Source: Thermoplasmata archaeon
GTDB lineage: Archaea; Thermoplasmatota; Thermoplasmata; Sysuiplasmatales; Sysuiplasmataceae
Direction of reading: 5' to 3'
Assembly: GCA_021817225.1 (NCBI GenBank)
Contig: JAKAVR010000003.1
Location: 20,016-84,015 of the forward strand
DNA: 64,000 nucleotides
Each line of letters opens with the position of its first letter. Position 1 is the first letter of the stretch. The notes under the pieces were generated by a model. The model was not told the origin of the DNA. It saw only the letters and a program-made list of their open reading frames with translations, and made no database searches. A program made the translations under genes and the position numbers. This document shows, in pieces, positions 36,273 to 45,845 of the stretch.

Positions 36273-36581
36273 TCAGCCCTGCCTGTACTCGATGCCCTTG
36301 CCGCCCTCGGGATAGCTCCATGTGATTGCGCCCTTGCCTATGTGCCTGCAGACAATGACGCACGCGCCCAGTTCCATGCAGTCTTCGGGATGATACACGA
36401 TATCGCCCTTCTCGTCCAGCTTGTATACTTTTGCGGGACAGACGTAAAGGCAGGGCTTTGGCTCGCATGTTCTGCAAGCCTGCGTATCCACCTTGATAAA
36501 ATCATTCCTGCCGAAATCATAAGCATCAAGTCCTATCCTTTCCTCTACGGAAAGTTTTCTGCTGCCTGCGTCTCCGGCCAT
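36273..36581 (-). CDS. FixX-like ferredoxin-like protein
   Basis: CRTCEPKPCLYVCPAKVYKLDEKGDIVYHPEDCMELGACVIVC, with size and Cys pattern like FixX. No fixABC genes are in the window. Confidence 0.65.
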   Translation of the reverse strand: MAGDAGSRKLSVEERIGLDAYDFGRNDFIKVDTQACRTCEPKPCLYVCPAKVYKLDEKGDIVYHPEDCMELGACVIVCRHIGKGAITWSYPEGGKGIEYRQG

Positions 36582-36672
36582 GCTTCATTGTAAGAATGGA
36601 CGCGACCTTAAATTTTCCGGAAAGTCGCCACATGGACTCCGTATGCCTGTTCGGCTACCGGATGCACGCGGC

Positions 36673-37308
36673 TCAAATCCAGGCAATCACCATTGAAACG
36701 GCGGTCCATGCCATCAGCCTTGCATGATAAAGGGAATAATCCTCGAATTCAATTCCGTTGAGATCAGACTGGAAGTCGCCATGCGGGAAACCACCCACCA
36801 CCAGGTTTGCCCCTCCGAGCAAAGAAGAGTCTGTGAGCTGTTTCCCTTTTTCAGTCAGAAGAATATTACTTCCGCCGAGCCTTCTCAGAAACGACTTCAG
36901 GCTCTCACGTGATACGCGGACGAGTTCCCTGCCTTCCGAAACGACGCTTCCGCCCGTCAGCGCGCTCTCCATCAGACCCTGGAACCTGTTATAGTTCTTT
37001 GGAAGCCTGACGTCGTGGCTGAATTCCATCACAGTGTCTCCCCTTGTATGCACGTAGGTGCGGAGCCTGCCCTCCCTGCTTGGCACCGAATCGAGTGCGA
37101 GAAGCAGGCAGAAGTGGACGATATCCGCCCTTCCCCGCCTTCCCCCGTCCTGAAGCGAGCGCATTGCTGCGTAATGCAGACTTGAATCAAGCAGGCACTC
37201 GGTCGGCTTCTTGTTCCTTTTCCTTGAGCTTGCCCTTACCGTAGGGTGGGAGGCTATGCTGTCCGGTATCAGTTCTATTTCAGAGTCTGCAATCACCAGG
37301 TTGGTCAT
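36673..37308 (-). CDS. nep1: Ribosomal RNA small-subunit pseudouridine methyltransferase Nep1/Emg1
   Basis: LVIADSEIELIP, LLDSSLHYAAM, RRGRADIVHFCLLLALDS: SPOUT-class Nep1 signatures. Confidence 0.75.
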   Translation of the reverse strand: MTNLVIADSEIELIPDSIASHPTVRASSRKRNKKPTECLLDSSLHYAAMRSLQDGGRRGRADIVHFCLLLALDSVPSREGRLRTYVHTRGDTVMEFSHDVRLPKNYNRFQGLMESALTGGSVVSEGRELVRVSRESLKSFLRRLGGSNILLTEKGKQLTDSSLLGGANLVVGGFPHGDFQSDLNGIEFEDYSLYHARLMAWTAVSMVIAWI

Positions 37309-37318
37309 CTGAGTCTGC

Positions 37319-38389
37319 TCACGATACGACTTCTTCTATCCTGCCGAGCTGGAATCCGAGCTTCACTTCCTGTGCAATCCGCCTGCCTGTGGAGAGGCCC
37401 GACTCAATCATGTCCGAATACGGTGAGCCGTTGACAAACGGATTCGTGCCTGCGACGATCCTTGTTGATATCTCAAAGACCTTTATATCAAGCTGGTCCG
37501 TTACAATTGTCTCAAGCGCAAACGGTCCGACGAGCCCGCCGAACAGTTCCTTGGACTTCTCGACAGTCGCGTCCCCCATCTCGAACACCTTTGGAAGCAG
37601 GCTCTCCCTTATGACTATTGGAACATTGCCCGTTACCACGAAAGTGGGAAAGAAGCCCAGCCTCTTCAACTCCTCTGTTGAACCGAGCTTGTACAGTTCA
37701 TCAATATTGGATTCGTCACGCCTGTCTATCGACAGCATTTCAAGTATGCCGCCCGACCTGAGCTTGAAACCGTTGGTCCTTAGCGGGGAGTAGAAATAAT
37801 GGAAGTAGTACCTCGTGCCAAGGACGTACTCCTGTATGGTGTGCTGCTGGGTGTAGTCTATTGCCATCTTGAATTCCATGTAGTCCTTTGCAATGAATGC
37901 ACCGCGGCCGCCTTTTGCACCCGAGTACTTGACAAGAACGGGCCTGTCTATGTCCTTTGCATCTCTTATCTCCTGCGGCATCTTTATCCCGGCTGATGTG
38001 AGCCACCTCCTCTGGGTGGACCTGTCAGATTCCCATTTGAGCACCTCCCTGTTTCCGAAACTGGGAACGTCGAAATTTCCAAACCTGTCAGCACCCATGT
38101 ACTCGACAAATGAACCGTGCGGGACAATGATCGCATTCCTGCTGACAAGCTCGTCGGCGAGGTCCTCTATCTCTGCATAATCCTTGACCCTGATGAACTC
38201 GTCCGGCCTTGCAAGAGGAAAGGCATCGTAGAACTTGGTGTCCCTGTCTACCGCAATGCCCAGGGAGCGCAGGCCCTCCTTTCTCGCACCGTGGAAAATC
38301 TGCATCGATGAATGCGAACAAAGTGTCGCTATCGTTACCTTCGAGGGGTCGTACTCCTCGATAATCTTCTTTACTCTGTTAGAGACCAT
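37319..38389 (-). CDS. purP: FAICAR synthetase PurP, paralogue 2
   Basis: KVTIATLCSHSSMQIFHGARKEGL plus the ATP-grasp region VLVKYSGAKGGRGAFIA. Confidence 0.85.
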   Translation of the reverse strand: MVSNRVKKIIEEYDPSKVTIATLCSHSSMQIFHGARKEGLRSLGIAVDRDTKFYDAFPLARPDEFIRVKDYAEIEDLADELVSRNAIIVPHGSFVEYMGADRFGNFDVPSFGNREVLKWESDRSTQRRWLTSAGIKMPQEIRDAKDIDRPVLVKYSGAKGGRGAFIAKDYMEFKMAIDYTQQHTIQEYVLGTRYYFHYFYSPLRTNGFKLRSGGILEMLSIDRRDESNIDELYKLGSTEELKRLGFFPTFVVTGNVPIVIRESLLPKVFEMGDATVEKSKELFGGLVGPFALETIVTDQLDIKVFEISTRIVAGTNPFVNGSPYSDMIESGLSTGRRIAQEVKLGFQLGRIEEVVS

Positions 38390-38566
38390 AGTGTGTTATT
38401 CCTGATATGTTCTTAAAAATTTGCATTCGCCCGGAGGAGCACCGTTCCCTTCAGACACAATCCATGTTCCACGGCGTTCGTTCCAAAGTGCATCCACGCC
38501 TGAGAACTGGAAGCGATGCACAGAATCTTACAAATACAGCCGGGCTTGTTACAGTCATGGATACAG

Positions 38567-39181
38567 ATGGCAAACAAGCCAAAGCCCAGGGATGACGACT
38601 GGTTTGAAGCACTAGATGCGGAGCTGGAAAAAGAAGCATCGAGCATAAAGAATGACGTTGCTGAGGTGAACCGGGCCAAGAGGGAGATAAACATGATGGC
38701 CCTGCAGGACGTTTGGAAGATCTGGCTCCGCTTCAACAGGTCCAACATACATTTTTCAATTCAGCCGGAATACAGCGATTTCCTGAGATTCAAGGAATTT
38801 CCCGAGGACTGGTCCATCAGGGAGGATTTCAGATTCCACACGCTCAATTCAATCGAGCTGACAGACAGGACAGCGGAGGAGGGAAGGATGGGTGACTCCC
38901 TCAAGCTCTTTTACTATTCGCAGGATGGCAAGTACTATGCAAGGCTCACTTTCGAGTATTTCGAGGGGGAGCATTACTACAAGTACTCCGGATGGAAGAG
39001 GATCTTCGGGCAGTACGTCCTCTACGACGTTCCTGTCCATGCCTTCAGCGCAGCCAAATTCCACGAGATACTGTCCGATGTTGTGAAGACGTGGTACGAG
39101 TCATATCTGCGCCACGGCAGGGAGACCTTCCTGGAACACCTGAAAACAAGGTACCCCGCGGGCAATTCTTTCAGCGAATAG
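38567..39181 (+). CDS. Hypothetical protein
   Basis: ORF with host-like codon usage. Start chosen at MANKPKPRDDDWFEALD. No recognisable motif. Confidence 0.5.
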   Translation: MANKPKPRDDDWFEALDAELEKEASSIKNDVAEVNRAKREINMMALQDVWKIWLRFNRSNIHFSIQPEYSDFLRFKEFPEDWSIREDFRFHTLNSIELTDRTAEEGRMGDSLKLFYYSQDGKYYARLTFEYFEGEHYYKYSGWKRIFGQYVLYDVPVHAFSAAKFHEILSDVVKTWYESYLRHGRETFLEHLKTRYPAGNSFSE

Positions 39182-39266
39182 CAGCCTGACTTTCGGCTAT
39201 CCAGTGGACCAGTTTAAATAAAGGACATGAATCTACCGTGCCAGCGGTGATTGCTTGGAATCGGAT

Positions 39267-40871
39267 ATGAAAAAACACGTCGAAGACATGTATTCTGTTT
39301 TGGGCGGAAAGGTTGAGAGGGAAGCGCTCGAGAAGGAGCTGAACCTCTTCGTGGGCCAGTACAAGGTTTCAATACCCTCTGCAAAGAGGAGCATAGTGAA
39401 GAAGTTCGGCGGAGATCCTGACTCTCTTTCCATAGGTGTGGAGAAAAGCATCGGTGAAATATCTGCGGGCGAGGGCTCGGTGGATGTCAGCGGAAGAGTT
39501 GTGTTCGCAACCCCGAGGGAGATCACTGCCTCCGGTGAAAAGAAGAGGATACTCTCAGGTCTCATCGAGGACAGCACTGGAAGCATGCCGTTCACCATTT
39601 GGGATTATGCATCGGACGATGTGAGCCGCGGCGACCTTGTCGCCTTCAGGAACGCCTACACCACATCCTACAGGGAAAAACCACAGCTCAACGTGTCATC
39701 CAAGTCCAGGTTCTGGGTCAGGGAGAAGGCATCGGACTGGAAGCGCGAGGCCAGGAAGATCAAGGACATACAGCCAAATGAATCGAACATACTTTTTGAA
39801 GGAAAGATTATCTCTGTTGCGGCCAGGACGATAAACAGCAAGGGGGAAGAGAAAGAGATACACTACGGCCTTGTGGGAGACGAGACCAAGACGGTCAGGT
39901 TTACCGCCTGGAAGGATTTCGGACTCGGCAAGGGCAGTGTTGTGAGGGTCGAGGGCGCTTACTCAAGAGAGAGAAATGGCGAACTGCAGCTTAATTTCAG
40001 CGAGAAGTCTGTCGTCGAAAAACTTGTGGACAGGGAGATAGGCAGCGTTGCAAGGTTTGGGGTGCCCAGGGTCTGCAAGGTATCGGAACTGAGGGAGGGA
40101 ATGGGCAACCTCACCGTGACCGGGCGGATTGTGAGCGTTTCGCGGAAGGAGATAGAAGTTCAGGGCCAGACAAAGAGCATGTATTCGGGGGTGCTTGCGG
40201 ACGAGACGGGCAAGGTAAGCTTCACAGGATGGCGAGATTTCGAGTTCAAGGATGGTGACACCATCCGGATCACGGGCGGTTACGTGCGTTCGTGGAAGGG
40301 AGTCCCGCAGCTGAAGTTCGATGACAAGTCCGAAGTCACCAGGGAGGAGAAGGAAATCAAGGTGACGGCCGGCTCTTCATCCGTTTATGCGATAGATGCG
40401 CTTGAGGAGCGGGGCGGGGCAATGGATGCCTCGGTCACTGCAACCATAATTGAGGTAAGACAGGGAACTGGCCTTATCTTCAGGTGCCCGCAGTGCAAAA
40501 GGACGCTGAAACTGGGCGAGTGCAGGACGCATGGACCCGTGGACGGAATAGCTGACTTCAGGGTCAGGCTCGTCGTGGACGACGGAACAGGTTCACTCTT
40601 TGCAAACCTGAACAGGGAGCTGTCCGAAACCATAACAGGATACACTCTGGAGTCGGTAAGGAAGAGGACAGAGCAGACGCTCAGCCAGGATGCGGTTGCT
40701 GCCGAGATATCATCGAAAGTGCTTTTCAGGACCATGAAACTCACGGGCAATGTCTTCAGCGACGATTTCGGACTGAACATGTTTGCGTCGACTGCCGAGT
40801 TCGTTGTTCCGGAAGTAAAGCAGAGGGCGGTCGTGCTCTTTCAGGAAGCAATTCAGACGCTGGGGATGTAA
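39267..40871 (+). CDS. rpa: Replication factor A (RPA) large subunit, multi-OB-fold with zinc ribbon
   Basis: Repeated OB-fold modules (VDVSGRVV..., FEGKIISV..., LTVTGRIVSV..., VTATIIEV...) and CPQCKRTLKLGECRTHG. Confidence 0.8.
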   Translation: MKKHVEDMYSVLGGKVEREALEKELNLFVGQYKVSIPSAKRSIVKKFGGDPDSLSIGVEKSIGEISAGEGSVDVSGRVVFATPREITASGEKKRILSGLIEDSTGSMPFTIWDYASDDVSRGDLVAFRNAYTTSYREKPQLNVSSKSRFWVREKASDWKREARKIKDIQPNESNILFEGKIISVAARTINSKGEEKEIHYGLVGDETKTVRFTAWKDFGLGKGSVVRVEGAYSRERNGELQLNFSEKSVVEKLVDREIGSVARFGVPRVCKVSELREGMGNLTVTGRIVSVSRKEIEVQGQTKSMYSGVLADETGKVSFTGWRDFEFKDGDTIRITGGYVRSWKGVPQLKFDDKSEVTREEKEIKVTAGSSSVYAIDALEERGGAMDASVTATIIEVRQGTGLIFRCPQCKRTLKLGECRTHGPVDGIADFRVRLVVDDGTGSLFANLNRELSETITGYTLESVRKRTEQTLSQDAVAAEISSKVLFRTMKLTGNVFSDDFGLNMFASTAEFVVPEVKQRAVVLFQEAIQTLGM

Positions 40872-40873
40872 GC

Positions 40874-41755
40874 ATGAGGGAAATGGCAGTAAGGGTGTTT
40901 GCGGCGGAGTTCAACTCCTCAGACTATGAACTCCGGGAGGGGGAGGAGAAGAGTTCGGTGTACGTCATAACACCGCTGGGTGCAAAGATAAACCGCCTTA
41001 TGCTCATGGGGGTGCTCACCGAGATCGAGTCAAGAGACACCGAGGGTGGAAAGCTTTTCACGGCGCAGGTCACCGACCCGACAGGAACCTTCAGGGTAAG
41101 CGCAGGACAGTACCAGGAGGCTGCATCCAGGGCGCTGCAGTCGATAAGCGCCCCTGCCTTTGTCGCGGTTGTGGGCAAGGCAAGAACATACAGCCCGGAA
41201 GAGGGCACGGTTTATGTCTCCGTCAGGGCGGAAGCGATTGCCCAGGTAACGCAGGAACAGAGGGACAACTGGGTCTGCGAAACATGCAGCGAGACCGCGA
41301 AACGGATATCGGCCATGAAGGCCGCCTTCGAGCTTTCGCCACCAGTGGCGGAGAGCATTGCCAGGATGGGCGTGCCGAAAAGGCTTGCAGAGGGGGCGAC
41401 TCTTGCCGCCCAGCACTACAAGAATGTGGACCTCTCCAACTACAGGGGAATGGTCGTGGAAGCGCTGCGCTCAATACCAGGTGTGGAGGATGCGACTGTG
41501 GAGATTGCACCCGCCCGGCCGGAGACGCCACAACTGCCCGTCACGAATGGAACTGAACTTACGGAAGTGGAAGAGAAACTGCTTATCATCATAGGCGAAC
41601 TCGACAGGAGCACGAGGGGTGCCGAGTGGGATGAGATAATGCGCACCGCCATGGGAAGGCAGATTCCCGAGGAGCAGGTGAGCCTGGCGGTCGAGGGGCT
41701 GCTTGACAAGGGAATGGTATACGAGCCCGTGCTGGGCAGGATGAAGAGAATCTGA
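40874..41755 (+). CDS. RPA-associated OB-fold protein (RPA32-like second subunit) with C-terminal winged-helix-like domain
   Basis: Lies immediately downstream of rpa. OB-fold segment VYVITPLGAKINRLMLMGVLTEIE...FVAVVGKARTY. The C-terminal LIIIGELDRS...VEGLLDKGMVYEP is wHTH-like. Confidence 0.6.
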   Translation: MREMAVRVFAAEFNSSDYELREGEEKSSVYVITPLGAKINRLMLMGVLTEIESRDTEGGKLFTAQVTDPTGTFRVSAGQYQEAASRALQSISAPAFVAVVGKARTYSPEEGTVYVSVRAEAIAQVTQEQRDNWVCETCSETAKRISAMKAAFELSPPVAESIARMGVPKRLAEGATLAAQHYKNVDLSNYRGMVVEALRSIPGVEDATVEIAPARPETPQLPVTNGTELTEVEEKLLIIIGELDRSTRGAEWDEIMRTAMGRQIPEEQVSLAVEGLLDKGMVYEPVLGRMKRI

Positions 41756-41925
41756 GCATTTTGTGCCGGGGACTGTGAAATATGGTCCCGCATTACGACA
41801 AATGCGACACAATTGTATCGTGAGCCGTTCAAATATCGATAGAATGACAATCTATAACTACGGGGCACCAATCGGCATCCGGTGATTCACTGGATAAAGT
41901 TCTTTTCACCGCAGGGCCTGTCGAG

Positions 41926-42942
41926 GTGCGGAAGGAAGTCCTGGCCGCAATGACGAGGCCGATGATAACACACCGCGGCACTGAATACAAGGAGCTGCAC
42001 AGATCCATCATCGATAAACTGAGAAAGCTGCTGCAGACGGACGACGACATACTCCTGCTTGTCTCCTCTGCAACGGGGGCGATGGAGGCCGGCGTCAGAT
42101 CAGCGGTGGGACAAAGCATACTGCACATGACAAACGGTGCATTCGCGGAAAGATGGGCGGAGATATCCAGGTCAAACGGCAAGAAGGCAGATGTGGTTTC
42201 CGCCCCCTGGGGAGAGCCTGCACTTCCAGAGCTCCTGGACGGGAAGGCGCTGGGACAGTATGAGGCTGTTGCGATCACTCATAACGAAACATCCACTGGT
42301 ATCATGAATCCGCTTGAGAGCATTGCAGAAAGGGTGCACAGGGATTCCGATGCGCTCCTTTTCGTGGATGCTGTCACCTCTGCATTTGCGAATGAGATTG
42401 ATCTCAGGAGGATTAAACCGGATCTCTTCCTTTTCGGCACCCAGAAGGCGCTCGCACTCCCGCCTGGACTGGCAATAGCCGTTGTGTCGAATCGGCTGAT
42501 AGAGAAGGCAAGGAAAGTCGAAAACAGGGGCAGGTACCTGGACCTGGTGGAGATAAAGGAATTCGCTGACAGGAACCTTGTTCCAAGCACACCACCCGTT
42601 TCACTGATGTACGCGCTCGACTTCCAGCTCGACAGGATCATGGAAGAGGGAATGGCCAGGAGAGCGGAGAGGCACAGAAAACTTGCTGAAATGGCAAGGA
42701 AATGGGCCATGGAGACATTGGCAATCTACCCGTCAGGGAGCTATTCCAACACCGTTACTTGCGTCAGGAACACAAAAGGCGTGGAATATGAAGAGATAGA
42801 CGAGAAACTGGCAGGCAGCGGCTACCAGATATCCGAGGGGTACGGGAAATTGAAGAAGAGCACGTTCAGGATCGGACACATGGGCGATGTGACAACGGAT
42901 GAAATGTCGGGACTTCTGGAAGCGCTGTCGGAGGCTGTCTGA
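41926..42942 (+). CDS. Class V aminotransferase (serine-glyoxylate / phosphoserine aminotransferase-like); true start upstream of 41926
   Basis: AMTRPMITHRGTEYKELH..., FGTQKALALPPGLA (PLP Lys region). The conserved LDKVLFTAGPVEV is encoded in frame just upstream of the first canonical start (see finding). Confidence 0.8.
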   Translation: MRKEVLAAMTRPMITHRGTEYKELHRSIIDKLRKLLQTDDDILLLVSSATGAMEAGVRSAVGQSILHMTNGAFAERWAEISRSNGKKADVVSAPWGEPALPELLDGKALGQYEAVAITHNETSTGIMNPLESIAERVHRDSDALLFVDAVTSAFANEIDLRRIKPDLFLFGTQKALALPPGLAIAVVSNRLIEKARKVENRGRYLDLVEIKEFADRNLVPSTPPVSLMYALDFQLDRIMEEGMARRAERHRKLAEMARKWAMETLAIYPSGSYSNTVTCVRNTKGVEYEEIDEKLAGSGYQISEGYGKLKKSTFRIGHMGDVTTDEMSGLLEALSEAV

Positions 42943-43911
42943 ATGGCAAGAATACTGATCACCGACGCGGTGGATGAAAAGTACGTCAATGCTCTCAAGC
43001 ATATCGGCGGCTTTGAAGTCGACTTCAGGAACGGCATCAAGGCGGAGGAGCTGAAAGGGGCCATAGGAGGGTACGACTGCATAATCGTCAGGAGCAGGAC
43101 CAAGCTCACTTCGGATGTCGTCAGGGCAGCAAAGTCGGCCAGGCTGATTGTGAGGGCGGGCGTGGGCACCGACAATATAGACGTCGAGGCGGCAACTTCA
43201 ATGAGTATAACCGTCTGCAACACACCCTGGGCAAATGTTGTTTCGGCCGCAGAGCTTGCCATCACCATGATGCTCTCGCTCTCGAGGAAAGTATGCGACG
43301 CAAATGCATCGATGCATTCAGGAAAGTGGGAGACGCTCAAGTTCACGGGGGCAGAACTTAGCGGAAAGCGGCTCGGCATAATCGGGCTTGGAAGAGTCGG
43401 AAGGGAGGTGGCGAAGAGGGCAAAGGCATTCCAGATGGATGTTTTCGCCTCCGATCCATACATACAGAAGAGCGTTGCCGAAGCTGCGGGAGTCGAGCTT
43501 TTGCCATTCGATGAACTGCTTGCGACCTCGGACATTGTGACGATACATGCATCGATGATGCCGGGCAACGTCCACCTGATAGGCAGAACTGAAATGGGCC
43601 GGATGAAAAAGGGCGCAATCCTTATCAACACAGCAAGGGGCGAAATGGTGGATGCAGGAGCGCTGGCAGAAGCACTTTCGGGCGGACAGCTTTCCGGTGC
43701 AGGCCTGGATGTCTATGAGGGGGAGCCCGCCGTAGATCAGAGGCTGGCGTCCCTGGGCAACGTGATCATGACACCGCACATAGGCGCACAGACCAGGGAG
43801 GCGCAGGGCAGGGTCGGTGCGGAGGTTGTTGATGTCGTTGACTCATTCTTCAACAGGGGAAAGGTGCTGAATGCGGTCAACTCGGTAGGTCTGAGCGAGA
43901 AGGCGGCTTGA
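42943..43911 (+). CDS. serA: D-3-phosphoglycerate dehydrogenase / D-2-hydroxyacid dehydrogenase (short form)
   Basis: NAD-binding GIIGLGRVGREVAKRA. Catalytic region INTARGEMVD...MTPHIGAQT. Abuts the aminotransferase gene. Confidence 0.8.
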   Translation: MARILITDAVDEKYVNALKHIGGFEVDFRNGIKAEELKGAIGGYDCIIVRSRTKLTSDVVRAAKSARLIVRAGVGTDNIDVEAATSMSITVCNTPWANVVSAAELAITMMLSLSRKVCDANASMHSGKWETLKFTGAELSGKRLGIIGLGRVGREVAKRAKAFQMDVFASDPYIQKSVAEAAGVELLPFDELLATSDIVTIHASMMPGNVHLIGRTEMGRMKKGAILINTARGEMVDAGALAEALSGGQLSGAGLDVYEGEPAVDQRLASLGNVIMTPHIGAQTREAQGRVGAEVVDVVDSFFNRGKVLNAVNSVGLSEKAA

Positions 43912-43983
43912 GGAATTTCATTTAAAAACTTTTCTATTTCTGTATAAATACTATCAACTCATTGTCAGTTAAAGGTCCGGCAT

Positions 43984-44337
43984 ATGGCAACACCAAGTCA
44001 ACAGGCGGAGTCGCCGCCACAGGGAGGGGAAAGACCAGTTTCCCTCGAGAGGGAAATGGCAAGCATTGTAGAGACAATGTCGCACACGGCGGTCCAGATA
44101 GGGCTCATCCTTTTCGGCCTGCTGCTGGACTTTGTCGGGCAGCTCGTAAAGATTGCGTCCACGACCTCAGCAGCCTTCTCTGCCTTCCAGGTGCTGACAG
44201 CGATCGGGACATTTGTCATCATTGCTGTTCTGTTCGTCAGCGGAATGACAAAAAGGAGCGAGAGCGACCAAATCCGCCTTGGTCTGCTTATAGCGGCCGC
44301 CATAGTGTTCTTCACCCTTCCGCTGATTATGGCATGA
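43984..44337 (+). CDS. Small membrane protein, hypothetical
   Basis: 117 aa with three hydrophobic helices. A TATA-like TTTAAAAAC/TATAAATA lies upstream. Confidence 0.45.
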   Translation: MATPSQQAESPPQGGERPVSLEREMASIVETMSHTAVQIGLILFGLLLDFVGQLVKIASTTSAAFSAFQVLTAIGTFVIIAVLFVSGMTKRSESDQIRLGLLIAAAIVFFTLPLIMA

Positions 44338-44487
44338 TCGGCTTAAGCGCGGTCATAAAAGGCGGCTTGACAGCCGCCATACGAATTTCGTTCGGTTGGA
44401 ATGCTGCGGGACAGCAATATTCAAATATTGCGACATAGAGTATTTAACACACAACCGACCCACCGGTTTTAAGTCAGGGCGATTAGA

Positions 44488-44922
44488 ATGGCATCCGGCG
44501 ACAAGGAAGGCATTATTAAGAACAGGACGCTGACCGTTGACACGCTGAGCATGGCCATCAAGAACAGCGTCGACAGGGAGGACATGCCCGAGGAACAGGC
44601 CACGGCAATGGCACAGCATATAATGAACTTCTTCGGCTACAACGAGAGGATTATTGACAATGTCCTTGAGCCTGAAGACAGGGACGCCTTCTATATGCTT
44701 GAAGACTCCGGAATACTAACAACCGAGCGGGAGGAGACGACGCTCTACGACGGGAGGGAGTGGAGAATCCACTACTGGCTGTTCAGGAAGGAAAGGATCT
44801 GGGAGCTTGTAAGCGGCGAAGAGCACAGGGAAGGAGTCAAGAGGAAGCACTCGTCTGTATACGACGACATACCAGATGATGCGTGGAACAGGACGAACAA
44901 TTCAATTCCAAAAAGGCCCTGA
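44488..44922 (+). CDS. Hypothetical conserved-looking soluble protein
   Basis: 144 aa, host-like composition. No motif I can name. Confidence 0.5.
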   Translation: MASGDKEGIIKNRTLTVDTLSMAIKNSVDREDMPEEQATAMAQHIMNFFGYNERIIDNVLEPEDRDAFYMLEDSGILTTEREETTLYDGREWRIHYWLFRKERIWELVSGEEHREGVKRKHSSVYDDIPDDAWNRTNNSIPKRP

Positions 44923-44993
44923 CCGGGCCCCGCGGCAAGGTCATGTTTTCAGCCCGCAGTCCTGCTTTAAATCGCGCGGGCCAGTGAAGTGAA

Positions 44994-45674
44994 ATGACTG
45001 ATGCTGCAATGGAAAGCAGCAGGATAGCAAGGGACATCGGACAGATATACGACCGTTTCGAGATCCTGCCTGACCTCAGAATGCACATGGAGAGAGTGAC
45101 CGCGGTTGGAGAGCTCATAATAGACAACCTGCCGGAAGGCATTGAACTATATGGTAGAGAGGATGTTGTTGCCGCACTTCTGCTGCACGACCTTGGCAAC
45201 ATAGTGAAATTCGATTTCAGCGACAGCAGCATGTGGCAGGGCTACACCGAAAAAGAGATGCGCCGGTGGCTGGGTGTCAGGGAAAGGGTGGCTGCACATT
45301 ACAATTCAACTGACGACCATCTCGTGACACAGCAGATGGCCGCCGAACTTGGTGCCAGCGGGAGAGTGCTGTTCCTCGTTTCAGGCATGCTGCTTGAAAA
45401 CATGAACCGCGTGATTCACTCGGAAGATCTTGCGCTCAAGATATGCGCATACTCGGACCAGAGAGTGGCGCCCCGGGGCGTTGTCACGCTGGCCGAAAGG
45501 TTCCGGGACCTGAGGAGGAGGTATGCCCACAGGCCCGGGCGCCTGACACTCAATGACGGGAGTTACGCGCTGGTCGAAGAGCTGGAGCGACAGGTGCTGG
45601 GCGCTGCCAGCATGGCGCCCGGGGACATCAGCGACGGAAGTCTCACGGCGTACCTGGGCAGGTACGGCCACTGA
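44994..45674 (+). CDS. HD-domain metal-dependent phosphohydrolase
   Basis: H...HD signature: RMHMERV and AALLLHDLGNIVKF. Confidence 0.7.
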   Translation: MTDAAMESSRIARDIGQIYDRFEILPDLRMHMERVTAVGELIIDNLPEGIELYGREDVVAALLLHDLGNIVKFDFSDSSMWQGYTEKEMRRWLGVRERVAAHYNSTDDHLVTQQMAAELGASGRVLFLVSGMLLENMNRVIHSEDLALKICAYSDQRVAPRGVVTLAERFRDLRRRYAHRPGRLTLNDGSYALVEELERQVLGAASMAPGDISDGSLTAYLGRYGH

Positions 45675-45845
45675 AACTGCCGGCCCCGGCCATGCGGATG
45701 TCCCCATGATAGCATAATATAAGGGCAGTTAGTGGTTCTCAGAGTGGAAGGGCACCTGCTGCTCCTCAAATCGGCTATTACCTGCAGGGGCCGGACTTGT
45801 CGCTGCACCGGGTGCAATACCTGATGGCGCGGAAACCATTGGCTA

